Shown here in pieces: positions 8,639-19,235 of a DNA stretch of 38,934 bases. Every line of letters begins with the position of its first letter. Position 1 is the stretch's first letter. Under the pieces are notes generated by a model that was not told where the DNA came from, searched no databases, and saw only the letters and a program-made list of their open reading frames with translations. The translations under genes and the position numbers were made by a program. The stretch is from IMG/VR virus record IMGVR_UViG_3300020044_003031, positions 1 through 38,934 of that record; one strand, given 5' to 3'. Source of the stretch: a virus. Its lineage: Duplodnaviria; Caudoviricetes.

Positions 8639-10318
8639 TTATATACAATTAGTAAATCCAATTGCAATTCCGTTTTGAATTTGCATTACTTTAAGTGGCG
8701 CTGCCACGTTGCTTATTAAATAAAATCCATCTGCTAATGCAAACTCTCCATTTTCATCAGTAAACACAAGGTCATAAAGACCAACGTACGAATCAGGAGC
8801 TATATGCACTTTTGCAAAATAATAAGTATTATTTTTAGCTTCTTCACAAGATATGGAAGCAGTGGCAAACATATCAGAACTTACAAATGAAGGAAGAGGT
8901 GCAGGGCAAAGTACATTTGAACTCCATGCTGTGGCTTCACACAAGCCTATAATTTTTAGATTCAATGTTGCCGCTCCCGATGTAGATTTTGGTATAACCA
9001 TTTTGCATGCTCCGGGGATGGTTGGTGTTGTCTGTATTTGACCTGCTGCTACTGTTACAGACTCGGTGGTCCCTGTGTCTACAAAAGATGTACCATTCCA
9101 TTGATATACAGTAACTCCTGTTAATGTGCCTCCGGTATTAAACCAAGGAGGACATGAACCTATAGCTGAGTCAAGTCCTAAGTAAGTAGCTCCTCCTACA
9201 GAACTCTGTAAAACTGCTACGTTTGAGGAACTTAATTTATTGTATTCTACTGAATTTAAAGTACCTACAATACCATCAGGTATGTTTGCAGGATTAAATG
9301 AAATTATAACTGCTCCTGTTCCACTTCCTAATCCTAAGTCAATATTATATATACCTGTTGATGCATCTGCTGATATAGGGCTTCCGCAAGGAATAGTGCA
9401 AGTACCAATTTCTGTTATTATACCATTTTGAACCCTAAAGTACTCTCCTCCTGATAATATACTTCCTGCTGCATAATAGTAAGCATCATCTAAAGGAGTC
9501 AATCCAATATTGTCGGAAAATACAAAATCATATAATCCTACAAATCCGGGAGTGTTGTAAAAAGAAGCACTATAAAATACAATATCTATAGTTTGTGCGC
9601 AAACAGTTGCTAGTGTTGCCTTAAATGAACTTGAATCAAAAGGGTCTAATACACGAGGGCATGAAACAGAAATACCCCAAGATGTACTTGGGCATACCGA
9701 AGCGACACTTAAACTTAATATTGAGGGGCTTGCTGTCCCTTTTGGTATAACCATCATGCAGTCTCCGGGAGAAACTGTGCTTGTGGAAACATCCCCTGCA
9801 GCTACACTGATTGTATCTATATATCCTGAGTCAAAAAAAGTTCCTGAACTAGCATTGTAAGAATACCTTGTCAACCCGGTATGCGGACTGCCTGAAACCA
9901 ATCCACAATCCGCAGAAGTCTGACCAATAAAGGTATAGTTCCCCGGAGTTGTGCTTTGATGCAGTCCATCTAATTGAGAAGAAAATTTATTATATGGAAC
10001 AGAGTTGTATGTGGCTTTTACTCCATCCGGAACACCCTCAGGATTAAACATCACAATCATAGCCCCTGTAGCAGTACCCATGTTTACATCTATATTGTAA
10101 ACACCCTCGGCTGAACTAACAGTAATATCTGCATCTTCACCACAGTTAACGCTGCACGATGGGCATGTCTGCTGAGGCAATAATAGTCCTGACACCTGTT
10201 CCCTTACTATTGTCGAATCAGAATAGAATCCATTAGGAGCGAATATGGTCAATGAATCATTAGTAAAAACTGACGTTGCAGATGAAAGAGAGGGTCCGTT
10301 TATATAGTATATTGACAT
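8639..10318 (-). CDS. Cys-rich beta-rich virion surface/fibre protein with two ~250-aa tandem repeats
   Basis: Ser/Thr/Gly-rich; internal duplication visible by eye. Confidence 0.6.
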   Translation of the reverse strand: MSIYYINGPSLSSATSVFTNDSLTIFAPNGFYSDSTIVREQVSGLLLPQQTCPSCSVNCGEDADITVSSAEGVYNIDVNMGTATGAMIVMFNPEGVPDGVKATYNSVPYNKFSSQLDGLHQSTTPGNYTFIGQTSADCGLVSGSPHTGLTRYSYNASSGTFFDSGYIDTISVAAGDVSTSTVSPGDCMMVIPKGTASPSILSLSVASVCPSTSWGISVSCPRVLDPFDSSSFKATLATVCAQTIDIVFYSASFYNTPGFVGLYDFVFSDNIGLTPLDDAYYYAAGSILSGGEYFRVQNGIITEIGTCTIPCGSPISADASTGIYNIDLGLGSGTGAVIISFNPANIPDGIVGTLNSVEYNKLSSSNVAVLQSSVGGATYLGLDSAIGSCPPWFNTGGTLTGVTVYQWNGTSFVDTGTTESVTVAAGQIQTTPTIPGACKMVIPKSTSGAATLNLKIIGLCEATAWSSNVLCPAPLPSFVSSDMFATASISCEEAKNNTYYFAKVHIAPDSYVGLYDLVFTDENGEFALADGFYLISNVAAPLKVMQIQNGIAIGFTNCI

Positions 10319-10328
10319 TTTTAATTAT

Positions 10329-13300
10329 TTACAAAGTGCAATTACAAGAATAAAAGTAAAATTTAATTATAGGATTGCTGCATGTTGGAGTTCCTATGCT
10401 GCATATATAAGCCAACTTTATGCCTGAATCAAAAAACTGACTATCAGGATTCCCAAATTCGTCTACAAAAAACACAGTAATATCATCTCCTGTTTCATTT
10501 TCAAATCTATATTGGTTATAATCAGAATCGCAATTAATACATGTACAACAAGCATTCGCTACTGTATTTGATTTACATAAATCAATAGGAGTAGCTGTTC
10601 TTAAATCCCATATCAAATATAGATAACTTCCTGTAGATGGAACCGTAAATTCGGCATAGTTATATGTTCCTCCTCCTAATATTGGAGTAGCTGCCGTAGA
10701 TGTAGATAATATTGAACTCAATCCTGCAGGATTATTCGCATACAATGTATTAGACCTAAGATATTTAAACTTGTTGCCTGCAGAAAAAGTAAACGTATCC
10801 GTAGAAAATTGATTACTAATCAAACTCATTGTGCTTCCTCCTTGAGGGAACGCTCCTGTGCCCACAAAACCTGTGGTTATATTGTATAATGAAGCCCAAG
10901 GAACAGAAGCCCCTCCTGCACTCATTATAACATAACTAGATTGGAGTGGAGAGGTAAATGCTCCATCTACAAATCTATACTGCGTATGGATGGTTTTACC
11001 AACATCAGAGTCGTTTGTTATTACAACCTGAACTACATTTAACGATTCGGCATTACAGCAATCAGCAAGCACATTCAATACCATTGTGCCTGAATAATTT
11101 ATTGTAATTGTAGCAGTCTCTACAAGTATCACATTCTTATTAAAATTCAATACGCCTGCTATATCTGTCGGACCGGACGTGTAAAAGTCTCCATTATAAT
11201 CAACGCTTATCGTAAAGCTCCCTCCTTCAGATATAGATGACACCGTCCAGCTCACATCAGTATATCCAACTGTAGGACCCAAATCAACGCAATAAACAAT
11301 CTCATCCGGCTCTTCAGTAAGATTTGATAATGTAAATGTTTGAGAAATACCACAGTTTAAGCATTGTGGATTGTATGGAAGAATCTCGTCATTTGTGGAA
11401 AACACATACTCGTTCATGTATGGGTCAAATCCTCCAATCTTTTGAGTATTGAAAGATACATTAAACTCATCTCTAAACCATGTCCTCATGCCGCTCTCTG
11501 ATATTACCTTAAGCTGCTCATTTGAGTATGAGTCTCCAATCAACTGAAGCACAACACCTCTCTTTACGTCTGTAAAGAATCTATTGAATCCCCAATGAAC
11601 ATAACTCTCAGGGTTAAAACTGATACCATACTTCTCTGTTCTAGCAATCTGAGTTCCTAATACCTCAGGCACAGATGTAATCGCTCCTCCTGCTGCAGAA
11701 TCTGATAGCAAGTTTTTACCTGCTAGCACATAGGATATCTTATCTTCCTGCAGAACAAGAACGTCAGTCTCCCTTCCATCCATCATGTATATTGGACCGA
11801 AAGAAGTCTCTAATGTCTTGTAGTCTAACAAGCCTAAATTAAACTCATTTAGCTTGTTCAGATTGGACTCTGCATTGTAAACGCCGCTATATGTTATATC
11901 AGCAAATCTGTCCGCCTCCTTATAGTTCTGAGCGGATACAGAAGTAACTCTTTCTCCTAATGTGAAATATCTTCCAATCAAAGAGTCTCTTACCTTATAG
12001 CTCTCTACACCATTTCCAAAAGCAAAGCAATTGAAAAATTTAGTATCAACTATAGCAGGGATACCTAATGCAATGTCTTGGTCTTGAACATTACCTGTGT
12101 GGTTTCCATTTCCATCTATTGCAAATGATAAGTTATTTTCAAAAAACACATCAGGCAAAGCATCAGTAGGAAGCGTCTCAAATACTATTGTATCTATTGC
12201 ACGAAAGACAGTAATGTCTCCTATTGCACAATACTTTCTAGAGTTAGGATAGTTGTTTCCATTACAACTTCTTCCTGTTCCGGATTGCAATACTAAGTAG
12301 TTTGTTACAGGGTCTCTATAAAACTGAATATAGCATATATTAAAATCAAAAGTATTCAGTTGGGTATTGCTAGGGTTTGGTAAGTATTGAATGCTTGTAA
12401 CTCCATCTAACGATGTACCTGAAGTTAAGGTAGCTTCTATATTATCCCCAACAAACCAATCTTTCATATTGGCATAGTTATTAGTAGATACAAAATCTTT
12501 ATGAAAAACATAACCTCTTTGTTCACAAGAATTATTAACTCCCACTCTAAGCCAATCGAGATTAAAAACTATTCTACTACCTGCAGGAACGGTATAATCC
12601 TCATATTGCCATGAAGGGTTAGCAGGGTCATATCCTGCTCCCCTATATATGCTTACCGGATAACTTAAATATGCATAATTTTCTCCGGAAGGAGCACACT
12701 GTTCTTGTCTTCCAAGAGCAACCGTAGACTCAGGGTCTACAGCAGCAGAAAAGCTGTTGGGGTTTATTTTCATATAAACTCCTGCAGGAACAGTAACACC
12801 ACCTAAATCAATAAATCCTGAAGCCTGAACTTCTTTTGCAAGAACAGTTGCATAGGCACAATTTGGCGTTGGACCGGACGCATCAGCTTTTACAATCAAT
12901 CTATCTCCAACCTCTATCTTTCTAGTGTTTTCTCCTTCAAGATAAAACCAAACGTCATTAGTTTGTGGGTCTGCAAAAAACAAATTAGAGTATATTGTCT
13001 CATAGTTCTCTGCATCAGGCTTTATAACAAACTTATATCTTTTAGCCCAAGCCGGAGGAAGCTGAAACGAAGGTATTACAACTTGAATACTATTTTTGTT
13101 TGGAGAATATCCGCAAGGCACAAATACTGTATTGTTTTGGCTTACTAATGCGGTTGTAGACCTATTAAATTCATCCATATAAACAATACCAATCTCATAT
13201 CCTCTATTGCTATGCAAACTCTGTGGTGTTGCTATTTCTTGAAAATTCGCTTCAGCAAGTGTGATTGAATAATATTCAAAAAGAAATCCTGTAGGAGTAG

Positions 13301-14945
13301 TTACATTATCTACATATTTCATTGCTATAAGACCTATTCCTATAGAACTACTTCCGGGACTTGTTTGTATATACAATGGCTGAGGATATGCGCTCCTTCC
13401 ACTAGCTACTTTTTGATATGTGCCTAATATGTTTGGTATAATACAGTTCATTGAATCCGTAAACGTAGTTCCATCGCAAGATGTTTCTGTTCCGGGAACC
13501 GCAGAGTATACAGGCTTTATATTTGATACAGTACCAATAGCTTGCTGAAACTCAGGACTACTAGCCATCTCGTAAACAGAGGCGTAGTTAGTAGTTAAAA
13601 AGAAAGCAAAGTTTATTGTTGTAGAGCCTGTAATCTCTGTAGGTGCTGATAAACTTCCGGTAAATGCATTGTGAACAAATGTCAAATCTAAACTAATAGA
13701 TGAACCCGAAGTCAAAGCTATGCCTGTCAAATCCATTGAAACAAGTGCATTGGGAATTGTAATAGGAACATCAATAGTATATCCTGCACTTGTAGTAGAA
13801 ACAGGTATAGTAGAAGACCCAATGGTCTCTGTTATTAAATTTGTGCTATACTCTAATTTTATTGGCGTTCCGTTCTTATCTATTAAGTTGTAACCTTCAA
13901 CGTAGTTTCCATACATCAATCTATTGCCCATTATAGTTTGAGCCTTTGCAAATCTTGGTACGTTGTCATAAAGCCTAAGTATCTCTGACTCAGGAAGTAT
14001 TGTGAATATCTTGCTATTTGTAAAGGTGTAGTCATAATTCGTGTTATTAGCAAGACCTAAGTTTGCTTTGTCAAGCTTCTCAATAACCTTTATTATGTTA
14101 TTGGCTGACTGTTTAAATAACAGGTCAACACCAACTACAAGTGGTCCACCTGAGTTGTATGTTATTATTGCAGTGTTGCAAAAGTTAACCATACCCTCAT
14201 TTAGCATACTGCTTGAGCTAAAGCTAAATGGATTTGGAACAAAAGACACCTGAGACCATTGAGACGTAGCTGAATACTCTCCGTCAACGTATCTGTATCT
14301 ATAAGCAAAGCAGATAAATCTAGTATCCATGAAGTTCTCCTGTCCGCTAGTAACAACCGGAAGTACGGTAGGAGATTGAGTAGGTGGTTTTTTTATAACT
14401 AGTAACTGCTCTGCTGTTATTTGGTCTATACCACCAACAGGATTTGGATAGTTCCTATTGGTGTTTATATATCTAGGTGGGTTGCAGTCGTCTGTAAAAA
14501 ACAGAAGGTCATTTATAATATTAACCCCTGTTATAAGATAAGTCTTATTGAAATCAAGTGTAGTAGAAATACCTGAGCCGTCATCCATGCTAATCACGTT
14601 ATACGTTAGTATGTTTGTAAGAACATTAAAAGATAGAATCAAGTCGATCTTGCCTGTGTCTCCATCCGGAAAAGCTTCATCATGAACAAACCAATATATA
14701 GTCTCATTAGCACTGTCTTCTATAGCTCCAATACACTTTGCTTGAGAACTAAGTTGGGTTCCATTGTAAGCTAGTTTAGTAAGGGCAAGGTTCCCCTTTG
14801 AGTTCTCTATCACACCTACCTCAGACTTCTCTGTATCCCCCATCCTTACGTTCATAGCATCTATATACTCACCTTCAGGCAATAAGCGTTGGTCTACAAG
14901 CTTATTCATTCTTCCTGCTATAAAATTCCTTGAAAACTTTGCCAT
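10329..14945 (-). CDS. Tail stabilisation/muzzle protein (crAss-like, P22 gp10 analogue)
   Basis: 1538 aa; N-terminal GRMNKLVDQRLLPEGEYIDAMNVR, DLLFFTDD.NPPR.IN, FAYRYRY.DGEYS, GNRLMYGNY, YGISFNPES. Confidence 0.7.
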   Translation of the reverse strand: MAKFSRNFIAGRMNKLVDQRLLPEGEYIDAMNVRMGDTEKSEVGVIENSKGNLALTKLAYNGTQLSSQAKCIGAIEDSANETIYWFVHDEAFPDGDTGKIDLILSFNVLTNILTYNVISMDDGSGISTTLDFNKTYLITGVNIINDLLFFTDDCNPPRYINTNRNYPNPVGGIDQITAEQLLVIKKPPTQSPTVLPVVTSGQENFMDTRFICFAYRYRYVDGEYSATSQWSQVSFVPNPFSFSSSSMLNEGMVNFCNTAIITYNSGGPLVVGVDLLFKQSANNIIKVIEKLDKANLGLANNTNYDYTFTNSKIFTILPESEILRLYDNVPRFAKAQTIMGNRLMYGNYVEGYNLIDKNGTPIKLEYSTNLITETIGSSTIPVSTTSAGYTIDVPITIPNALVSMDLTGIALTSGSSISLDLTFVHNAFTGSLSAPTEITGSTTINFAFFLTTNYASVYEMASSPEFQQAIGTVSNIKPVYSAVPGTETSCDGTTFTDSMNCIIPNILGTYQKVASGRSAYPQPLYIQTSPGSSSIGIGLIAMKYVDNVTTPTGFLFEYYSITLAEANFQEIATPQSLHSNRGYEIGIVYMDEFNRSTTALVSQNNTVFVPCGYSPNKNSIQVVIPSFQLPPAWAKRYKFVIKPDAENYETIYSNLFFADPQTNDVWFYLEGENTRKIEVGDRLIVKADASGPTPNCAYATVLAKEVQASGFIDLGGVTVPAGVYMKINPNSFSAAVDPESTVALGRQEQCAPSGENYAYLSYPVSIYRGAGYDPANPSWQYEDYTVPAGSRIVFNLDWLRVGVNNSCEQRGYVFHKDFVSTNNYANMKDWFVGDNIEATLTSGTSLDGVTSIQYLPNPSNTQLNTFDFNICYIQFYRDPVTNYLVLQSGTGRSCNGNNYPNSRKYCAIGDITVFRAIDTIVFETLPTDALPDVFFENNLSFAIDGNGNHTGNVQDQDIALGIPAIVDTKFFNCFAFGNGVESYKVRDSLIGRYFTLGERVTSVSAQNYKEADRFADITYSGVYNAESNLNKLNEFNLGLLDYKTLETSFGPIYMMDGRETDVLVLQEDKISYVLAGKNLLSDSAAGGAITSVPEVLGTQIARTEKYGISFNPESYVHWGFNRFFTDVKRGVVLQLIGDSYSNEQLKVISESGMRTWFRDEFNVSFNTQKIGGFDPYMNEYVFSTNDEILPYNPQCLNCGISQTFTLSNLTEEPDEIVYCVDLGPTVGYTDVSWTVSSISEGGSFTISVDYNGDFYTSGPTDIAGVLNFNKNVILVETATITINYSGTMVLNVLADCCNAESLNVVQVVITNDSDVGKTIHTQYRFVDGAFTSPLQSSYVIMSAGGASVPWASLYNITTGFVGTGAFPQGGSTMSLISNQFSTDTFTFSAGNKFKYLRSNTLYANNPAGLSSILSTSTAATPILGGGTYNYAEFTVPSTGSYLYLIWDLRTATPIDLCKSNTVANACCTCINCDSDYNQYRFENETGDDITVFFVDEFGNPDSQFFDSGIKLAYICSIGTPTCSNPIIKFYFYSCNCTL

Positions 14946-14946
14946 G

Positions 14947-15870
14947 TTATTTTATTATCTTGTCCATTCCTCTTAAGTTCATTAAGAGTCTTCCGGGATG
15001 AATATTGCTGATTCTTATCTTAGCATTTCTCAACAGAGCCTGCCTTTCTTTTCTTGCCCTATTGATGATATACTCCTGAACACCAAATTTAGAATTTAAT
15101 ATCTCAAATTTGATTGCTGCGTAGATATATTGTTCAAATAATTTATTAACCTTTATTTGCGAGGTATCCCCATTCTCCATACCATCAGATACATACTCAA
15201 GAATACATATTTGCCCTGACATTGTTGAGTCAAAGTTTATGACGCCTGTTCTTTTATCTATGTTGAATGTTGGATTAAAATTGGCAGTCTCTGTATTCAG
15301 TCCGATAGCAGCTCCAATGTTGTACTGAAAATACCACATCCCATCTATATCCCAACCATACTGCCCATTGAATTGGCTGCCCTGATTAAGGTATATGCTT
15401 TTCTTGGTTTTATTAAGTCTCTGATAATCTATAGTTGAGTTGTGCGGTTGCAGTATACCTCCGTTTTGGTCAAATAGAATCATCCCTTGGTTGTCTTGAA
15501 GATAGGCGTTAGACGAGAGTGTTTGGATATTCTCTGTCAATGGTCTAAGCCATCCGTCCTTATAAAGAGATATTCTAACCCAATTCACATAGTCTGAAGG
15601 AAGGATGTATATCAAGGACTCCGGAACACTTAGCTCTAACGCTTTTATTTCTTTAAAGGCGTCATAGTTCAGTTCCTGTATTGCACGCTTTGCGTGGAAC
15701 AGAATCTTATAACGCTCCTCGTTATTTACCAACGAGTGGTTTCCCGAATACATCAACAGGAAGTTGTTGACAACATCCTCAAGGCTAACGTACTGATACG
15801 AACCCCAATTAACATCCGTAGGGGTAGTGCCATTATTATTGTAATACTCGTATTGTGAGATATATGCCAT
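14947..15870 (-). CDS. Tail ring/tubular (adaptor) protein
   Basis: LPSDYVNWVRIS and ILEYVSDG motifs; lies between capsid and muzzle genes. Confidence 0.55.
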   Translation of the reverse strand: MAYISQYEYYNNNGTTPTDVNWGSYQYVSLEDVVNNFLLMYSGNHSLVNNEERYKILFHAKRAIQELNYDAFKEIKALELSVPESLIYILPSDYVNWVRISLYKDGWLRPLTENIQTLSSNAYLQDNQGMILFDQNGGILQPHNSTIDYQRLNKTKKSIYLNQGSQFNGQYGWDIDGMWYFQYNIGAAIGLNTETANFNPTFNIDKRTGVINFDSTMSGQICILEYVSDGMENGDTSQIKVNKLFEQYIYAAIKFEILNSKFGVQEYIINRARKERQALLRNAKIRISNIHPGRLLMNLRGMDKIIK

Positions 15871-15882
15871 GTTTTATTATTT

Positions 15883-16860
15883 TTATTGTTGCATGCTGAA
15901 TGTTGGCTGCTCGTGTTGTTGCTGAGCTGTTCCAAATTGAGAAACTTCAATCTCACGAATAACAATACCACAGTATTCAAGAATCTTTGTTACTAATTTA
16001 TATCCATCCTCAGTAGGAAGCTCAAAGTCTTGGTAGTCAGATTGAGATTGGTCAAACACCGGTTCACCTCCTGAAAGGCTTATGTACGTCCATTTTGGAG
16101 GTTTGGGATACCTAAAGTAATCTGCTCTAACAGCACCATACCCTTGTATAGAAGTTGGGTATAAAGCCATAAAATCACCTATATTGGTATAGGCAGGGTA
16201 TATTAAAGATGGAGCTGTAAGCAGCGAATTTGCCAACAATAATATCTTATTATTGCTTACCTTTTCTGCTTCAGAATAAGCGGTTCCTGAATAAATAGAG
16301 TATGGCTCTGAACCACCAACGTCTTGGAATATATCTTCGCTTATTGCAAGTGTATCTACACCGGTTACAGCTAAAACTGTAGCACTTTGATATGTGCTTG
16401 TATTTACAATTATATCTCCTGCACTTATTCCTGAAACTTGGAAATCAACACTAGTATCTAATAAGCCATAAGGTATTGGAGTGTCAGATGTTCCTGAAAG
16501 CAAGAGCGTCTTGTAAACAATCACCTTGTTAATCATGTAAGCATTATTACCAACGGTAATCTCAGAAGGCATATAGAAACTATTAGTAGGAAAACTATTA
16601 GGCGTAATCTTTGGAACCAAAAAGTCGCTCATTATGAAGTATTCCATTATCTCTGCCAATGGCTTTGATATATCTGCATAGTCAGAACCGGAGCTTCTCA
16701 TGTTCTCAGCATTCATGGTCTTATTGTAATTGCTGTAGTATTCCTCATAAAGCTCCATTTGAGCGTTCTTTGCAAGCAAGTTAAAATCTGATGGGGAAAT
16801 GTAACCATAGTTATTTTTATTAAGTATGGTCAAGACTGAGTTTCTTACCTCGTTTATCAT
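15883..16860 (-). CDS. Tail ring/head-tail adaptor protein (start at 16860, MINEVRNSV)
   Basis: LNKNNYGYISPSDFN, Y.RYPKPPKW, DFELP; the ORF-track start at 16944 would run through a terminator and promoter. Confidence 0.6.
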   Translation of the reverse strand: MINEVRNSVLTILNKNNYGYISPSDFNLLAKNAQMELYEEYYSNYNKTMNAENMRSSGSDYADISKPLAEIMEYFIMSDFLVPKITPNSFPTNSFYMPSEITVGNNAYMINKVIVYKTLLLSGTSDTPIPYGLLDTSVDFQVSGISAGDIIVNTSTYQSATVLAVTGVDTLAISEDIFQDVGGSEPYSIYSGTAYSEAEKVSNNKILLLANSLLTAPSLIYPAYTNIGDFMALYPTSIQGYGAVRADYFRYPKPPKWTYISLSGGEPVFDQSQSDYQDFELPTEDGYKLVTKILEYCGIVIREIEVSQFGTAQQQHEQPTFSMQQ

Positions 16861-16874
16861 CTGTAGATTTTTTA

Positions 16875-16882
16875 CAAATATA
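16875..16882 (-). promoter_or_regulatory. -7 promoter element TATATTTG
   Basis: TAnnTTTG directly after the terminator, 14 nt before the ATG. Confidence 0.6.
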
Positions 16883-16883
16883 C

Positions 16884-16913
16884 AAAAAAAAGAGGGCACA
16901 ATTTTGTACCCTC
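16884..16913 (-). terminator. Intrinsic terminator
   Basis: GAGGGTACAA/TTGTGCCCTC stem followed by T8. Confidence 0.75.
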
Positions 16914-16946
16914 CATTAATCATCATCAAACACAGTATACACAAAA

Positions 16947-17687
16947 CTATCCTAAAATTGCCTCTAGCATTTTCAGAGAGTCAATGCCTTCATCGCTCTT
17001 TAAAAAGTGAACGACTGATTCTTCAGGCTCATCTCCGAATGGTACTGACAACATTTTTTTCTTGTTGGTACTTGTATTAAACCAAACCTCTTTGTCATTG
17101 TTTCGTAAAACTAATAACTTTTTTTCAAAAAACAAACTAACCTTGCCTTGAAATTTTAATTCAGGGTCATTTAGTATGCTTAAGAAGTCTCTTGGTTGTT
17201 GTTTAGCATAAATTAAAATATCTCTTTTTAATTCAGCAGTTGATATTATTGATGGGTCTTTGCCAAACATTACTCTTGTAAGCATCTCAACTTGTTCGAT
17301 ACTAAGCTGACGAGCTTCTACTAATGCTTCTACCTCATAATTCAATTCCTCCACTTCAGCAGCAGCATCTTTTTCTTTATCTACTTCTGCAAACACATTC
17401 CCATTTAATGGGTGATAATGCAAAAATGCCTGTAAAACAGGGTTTGACTTTGGTACTCTTAAAAGACCATCTTCAAAAATCACCGGTTCTAATAAAGCAT
17501 TGCCATCCTGCTCATCCTCAAAAGGAGACTTTTGATTTGTAGCATATCTAAGAGCGCGGTTAACATTGTTCTTCTCATCATACCACATAAGAGGAAATCT
17601 CGCGTGGTTTCTTGATGCCAATGTATAAGAGAGAGGGTTTCCTATTTTTAATCTATAAACCTTATCGGTTGGTACTGTTGTTGCCAT
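16947..17687 (-). CDS. Conserved hypothetical protein downstream of the capsid gene
   Basis: 246 aa; RALRYATNQKSPFEDEQ, FLHYHPLN. Confidence 0.7.
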   Translation of the reverse strand: MATTVPTDKVYRLKIGNPLSYTLASRNHARFPLMWYDEKNNVNRALRYATNQKSPFEDEQDGNALLEPVIFEDGLLRVPKSNPVLQAFLHYHPLNGNVFAEVDKEKDAAAEVEELNYEVEALVEARQLSIEQVEMLTRVMFGKDPSIISTAELKRDILIYAKQQPRDFLSILNDPELKFQGKVSLFFEKKLLVLRNNDKEVWFNTSTNKKKMLSVPFGDEPEESVVHFLKSDEGIDSLKMLEAILG

Positions 17688-17717
17688 TTTAATTTAATTT
17701 TAATTTGATTTAATTTA

Positions 17718-17753
17718 ATAAAAAGAAGCAGGGGATTTTAATGCCCCCTGCTT
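17718..17753 (-). terminator. Intrinsic terminator after the major capsid gene
   Basis: AAGCAGGGG/CCCCTGCTT stem followed by a T-rich tail. Confidence 0.75.
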
Positions 17754-17770
17754 TATTCTTAACTTTTCTA

Positions 17771-19213
17771 CTATCCAAAACGGAATAATACGAAGTTGTT
17801 TGCACCTAAGGTACATACGCAACGCTCAGAAAGGAAGTTGACCTCCATTGCATCCAAGTCGCTCGTTTGAGCACCTCCGGCAGAACCTGTAATCCAAGTC
17901 TTGTATCTGCGGTCTTCAGCCTCAGACGCTCTGTAACGAACGTGAAGGAAAGGACGCTTAGCATTCTTGCCCATAATTTGGTCATACACTGAAGTAGAAC
18001 CGGCAGGAACTAAAAGACCTGTGATTGTACCTGTTGCAGAAGCAACTGTTTGGTTCAAACCACCGCGCATAGTTGGGTCGTTTAGGTATTTCCAATCAGA
18101 CTTGTAGAAGTCATAACCTCTACGGAATCCTGTGAATCCTAAGTTCAACGCCATGTTCACATCATTGTCGAACAAACCATAAGAAGCACCACCTGAAGCA
18201 CTTCCTCCGTTGTATCCGTTCAATGTAGCTAACATATTGTCGATGTCAAAAGACAATCCACGATTTACAAATACTACGTTTTCTTCGATAGCACCTTGCT
18301 TATCTAAACGAGATACGATTGTATCCCAATCAGAAAGAGCTGTAGGAGTACCACCACCCCATACGTTACCACGATTGTTTACAACGTAGAAGATACCTTC
18401 AGACCCTTTGAATCCTGCTGCAGCAGCACCACTACCTGAACCTACCGGAACAGCTTCAATCATAGCAGTTTCAAGATAATCTTCAAAACGAAGACGAGTC
18501 TCGTGCTCTGACTTTAAATACCAAAGGTATCCTGTAGCACCATTTTCAGTTGTTACTTCAACCCATCCAATCTGAGCCATATCAGAACCGTTCACAGCAT
18601 ACTTGTCCTTGATAATGATTGGAGAGTTAGAGAAGATATCATCTTCTGCTTCTAAAGAACCAACCATCCCGTTAGTTCCTTTTTTAAACTCAGAACCATA
18701 GATGAATACTGTACACTGAACAGAAACAGCAAAAGCCTGTCCACCTGCTTCGTAAAAAGCAACGGTAAAGGTTGTTGCAGTAGGTACAGCAGTAACGATT
18801 GCTTTGTTGAAAACACCTGCAGTTCCACCTGATGTAGCATTTGTCTGAATCATTACAGTCTGTCCTACACGAATTGCAATGTAGTTAGGCGATGTAAGGT
18901 CCCCATCAGCTACAGTGAAAGTTGCTGTTGGAGAACCTGCAGCAGCAGCAGATGTAACTTGAGTGTACTTGATATGCAAACGACCTTGTTCTGCCCATTT
19001 AATTTGGTCAGAATTAGAAGGCATTTCAGCACCTACCATTCTTAAGAATGAAGCTACTGTTCTATTACCATAACGCTCAAATTCTTTCTCATAAGTATCA
19101 GGAAGATACTGATTCAAGAAGTTGAAACTAGTAATATAATTTGTTGATAAAGCGACTTGCTCGGCTGACGGTTGCAGCGAATACGAGGGAGTCGATAATA
19201 AAGCACTTGCCAT
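17771..19213 (-). CDS. Major capsid protein
   Basis: 480 aa after portal and scaffold, followed by a terminator; biased codon use; IKWAEQGRLH, PIIIKDKYAVNGSD. Confidence 0.8.
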   Translation of the reverse strand: MASALLSTPSYSLQPSAEQVALSTNYITSFNFLNQYLPDTYEKEFERYGNRTVASFLRMVGAEMPSNSDQIKWAEQGRLHIKYTQVTSAAAAGSPTATFTVADGDLTSPNYIAIRVGQTVMIQTNATSGGTAGVFNKAIVTAVPTATTFTVAFYEAGGQAFAVSVQCTVFIYGSEFKKGTNGMVGSLEAEDDIFSNSPIIIKDKYAVNGSDMAQIGWVEVTTENGATGYLWYLKSEHETRLRFEDYLETAMIEAVPVGSGSGAAAAGFKGSEGIFYVVNNRGNVWGGGTPTALSDWDTIVSRLDKQGAIEENVVFVNRGLSFDIDNMLATLNGYNGGSASGGASYGLFDNDVNMALNLGFTGFRRGYDFYKSDWKYLNDPTMRGGLNQTVASATGTITGLLVPAGSTSVYDQIMGKNAKRPFLHVRYRASEAEDRRYKTWITGSAGGAQTSDLDAMEVNFLSERCVCTLGANNFVLFRFG

Positions 19214-19235
19214 TTTTTTTAATTTTTAAATTGTT

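Noticed and set aside
17768-17773. Stop-codon recoding or capsid readthrough (TAG TAG), as in some crAss-like phages
   Set aside because: Genes are full-length in the standard code, a TAA follows two codons later, and no suppressor tRNA was seen
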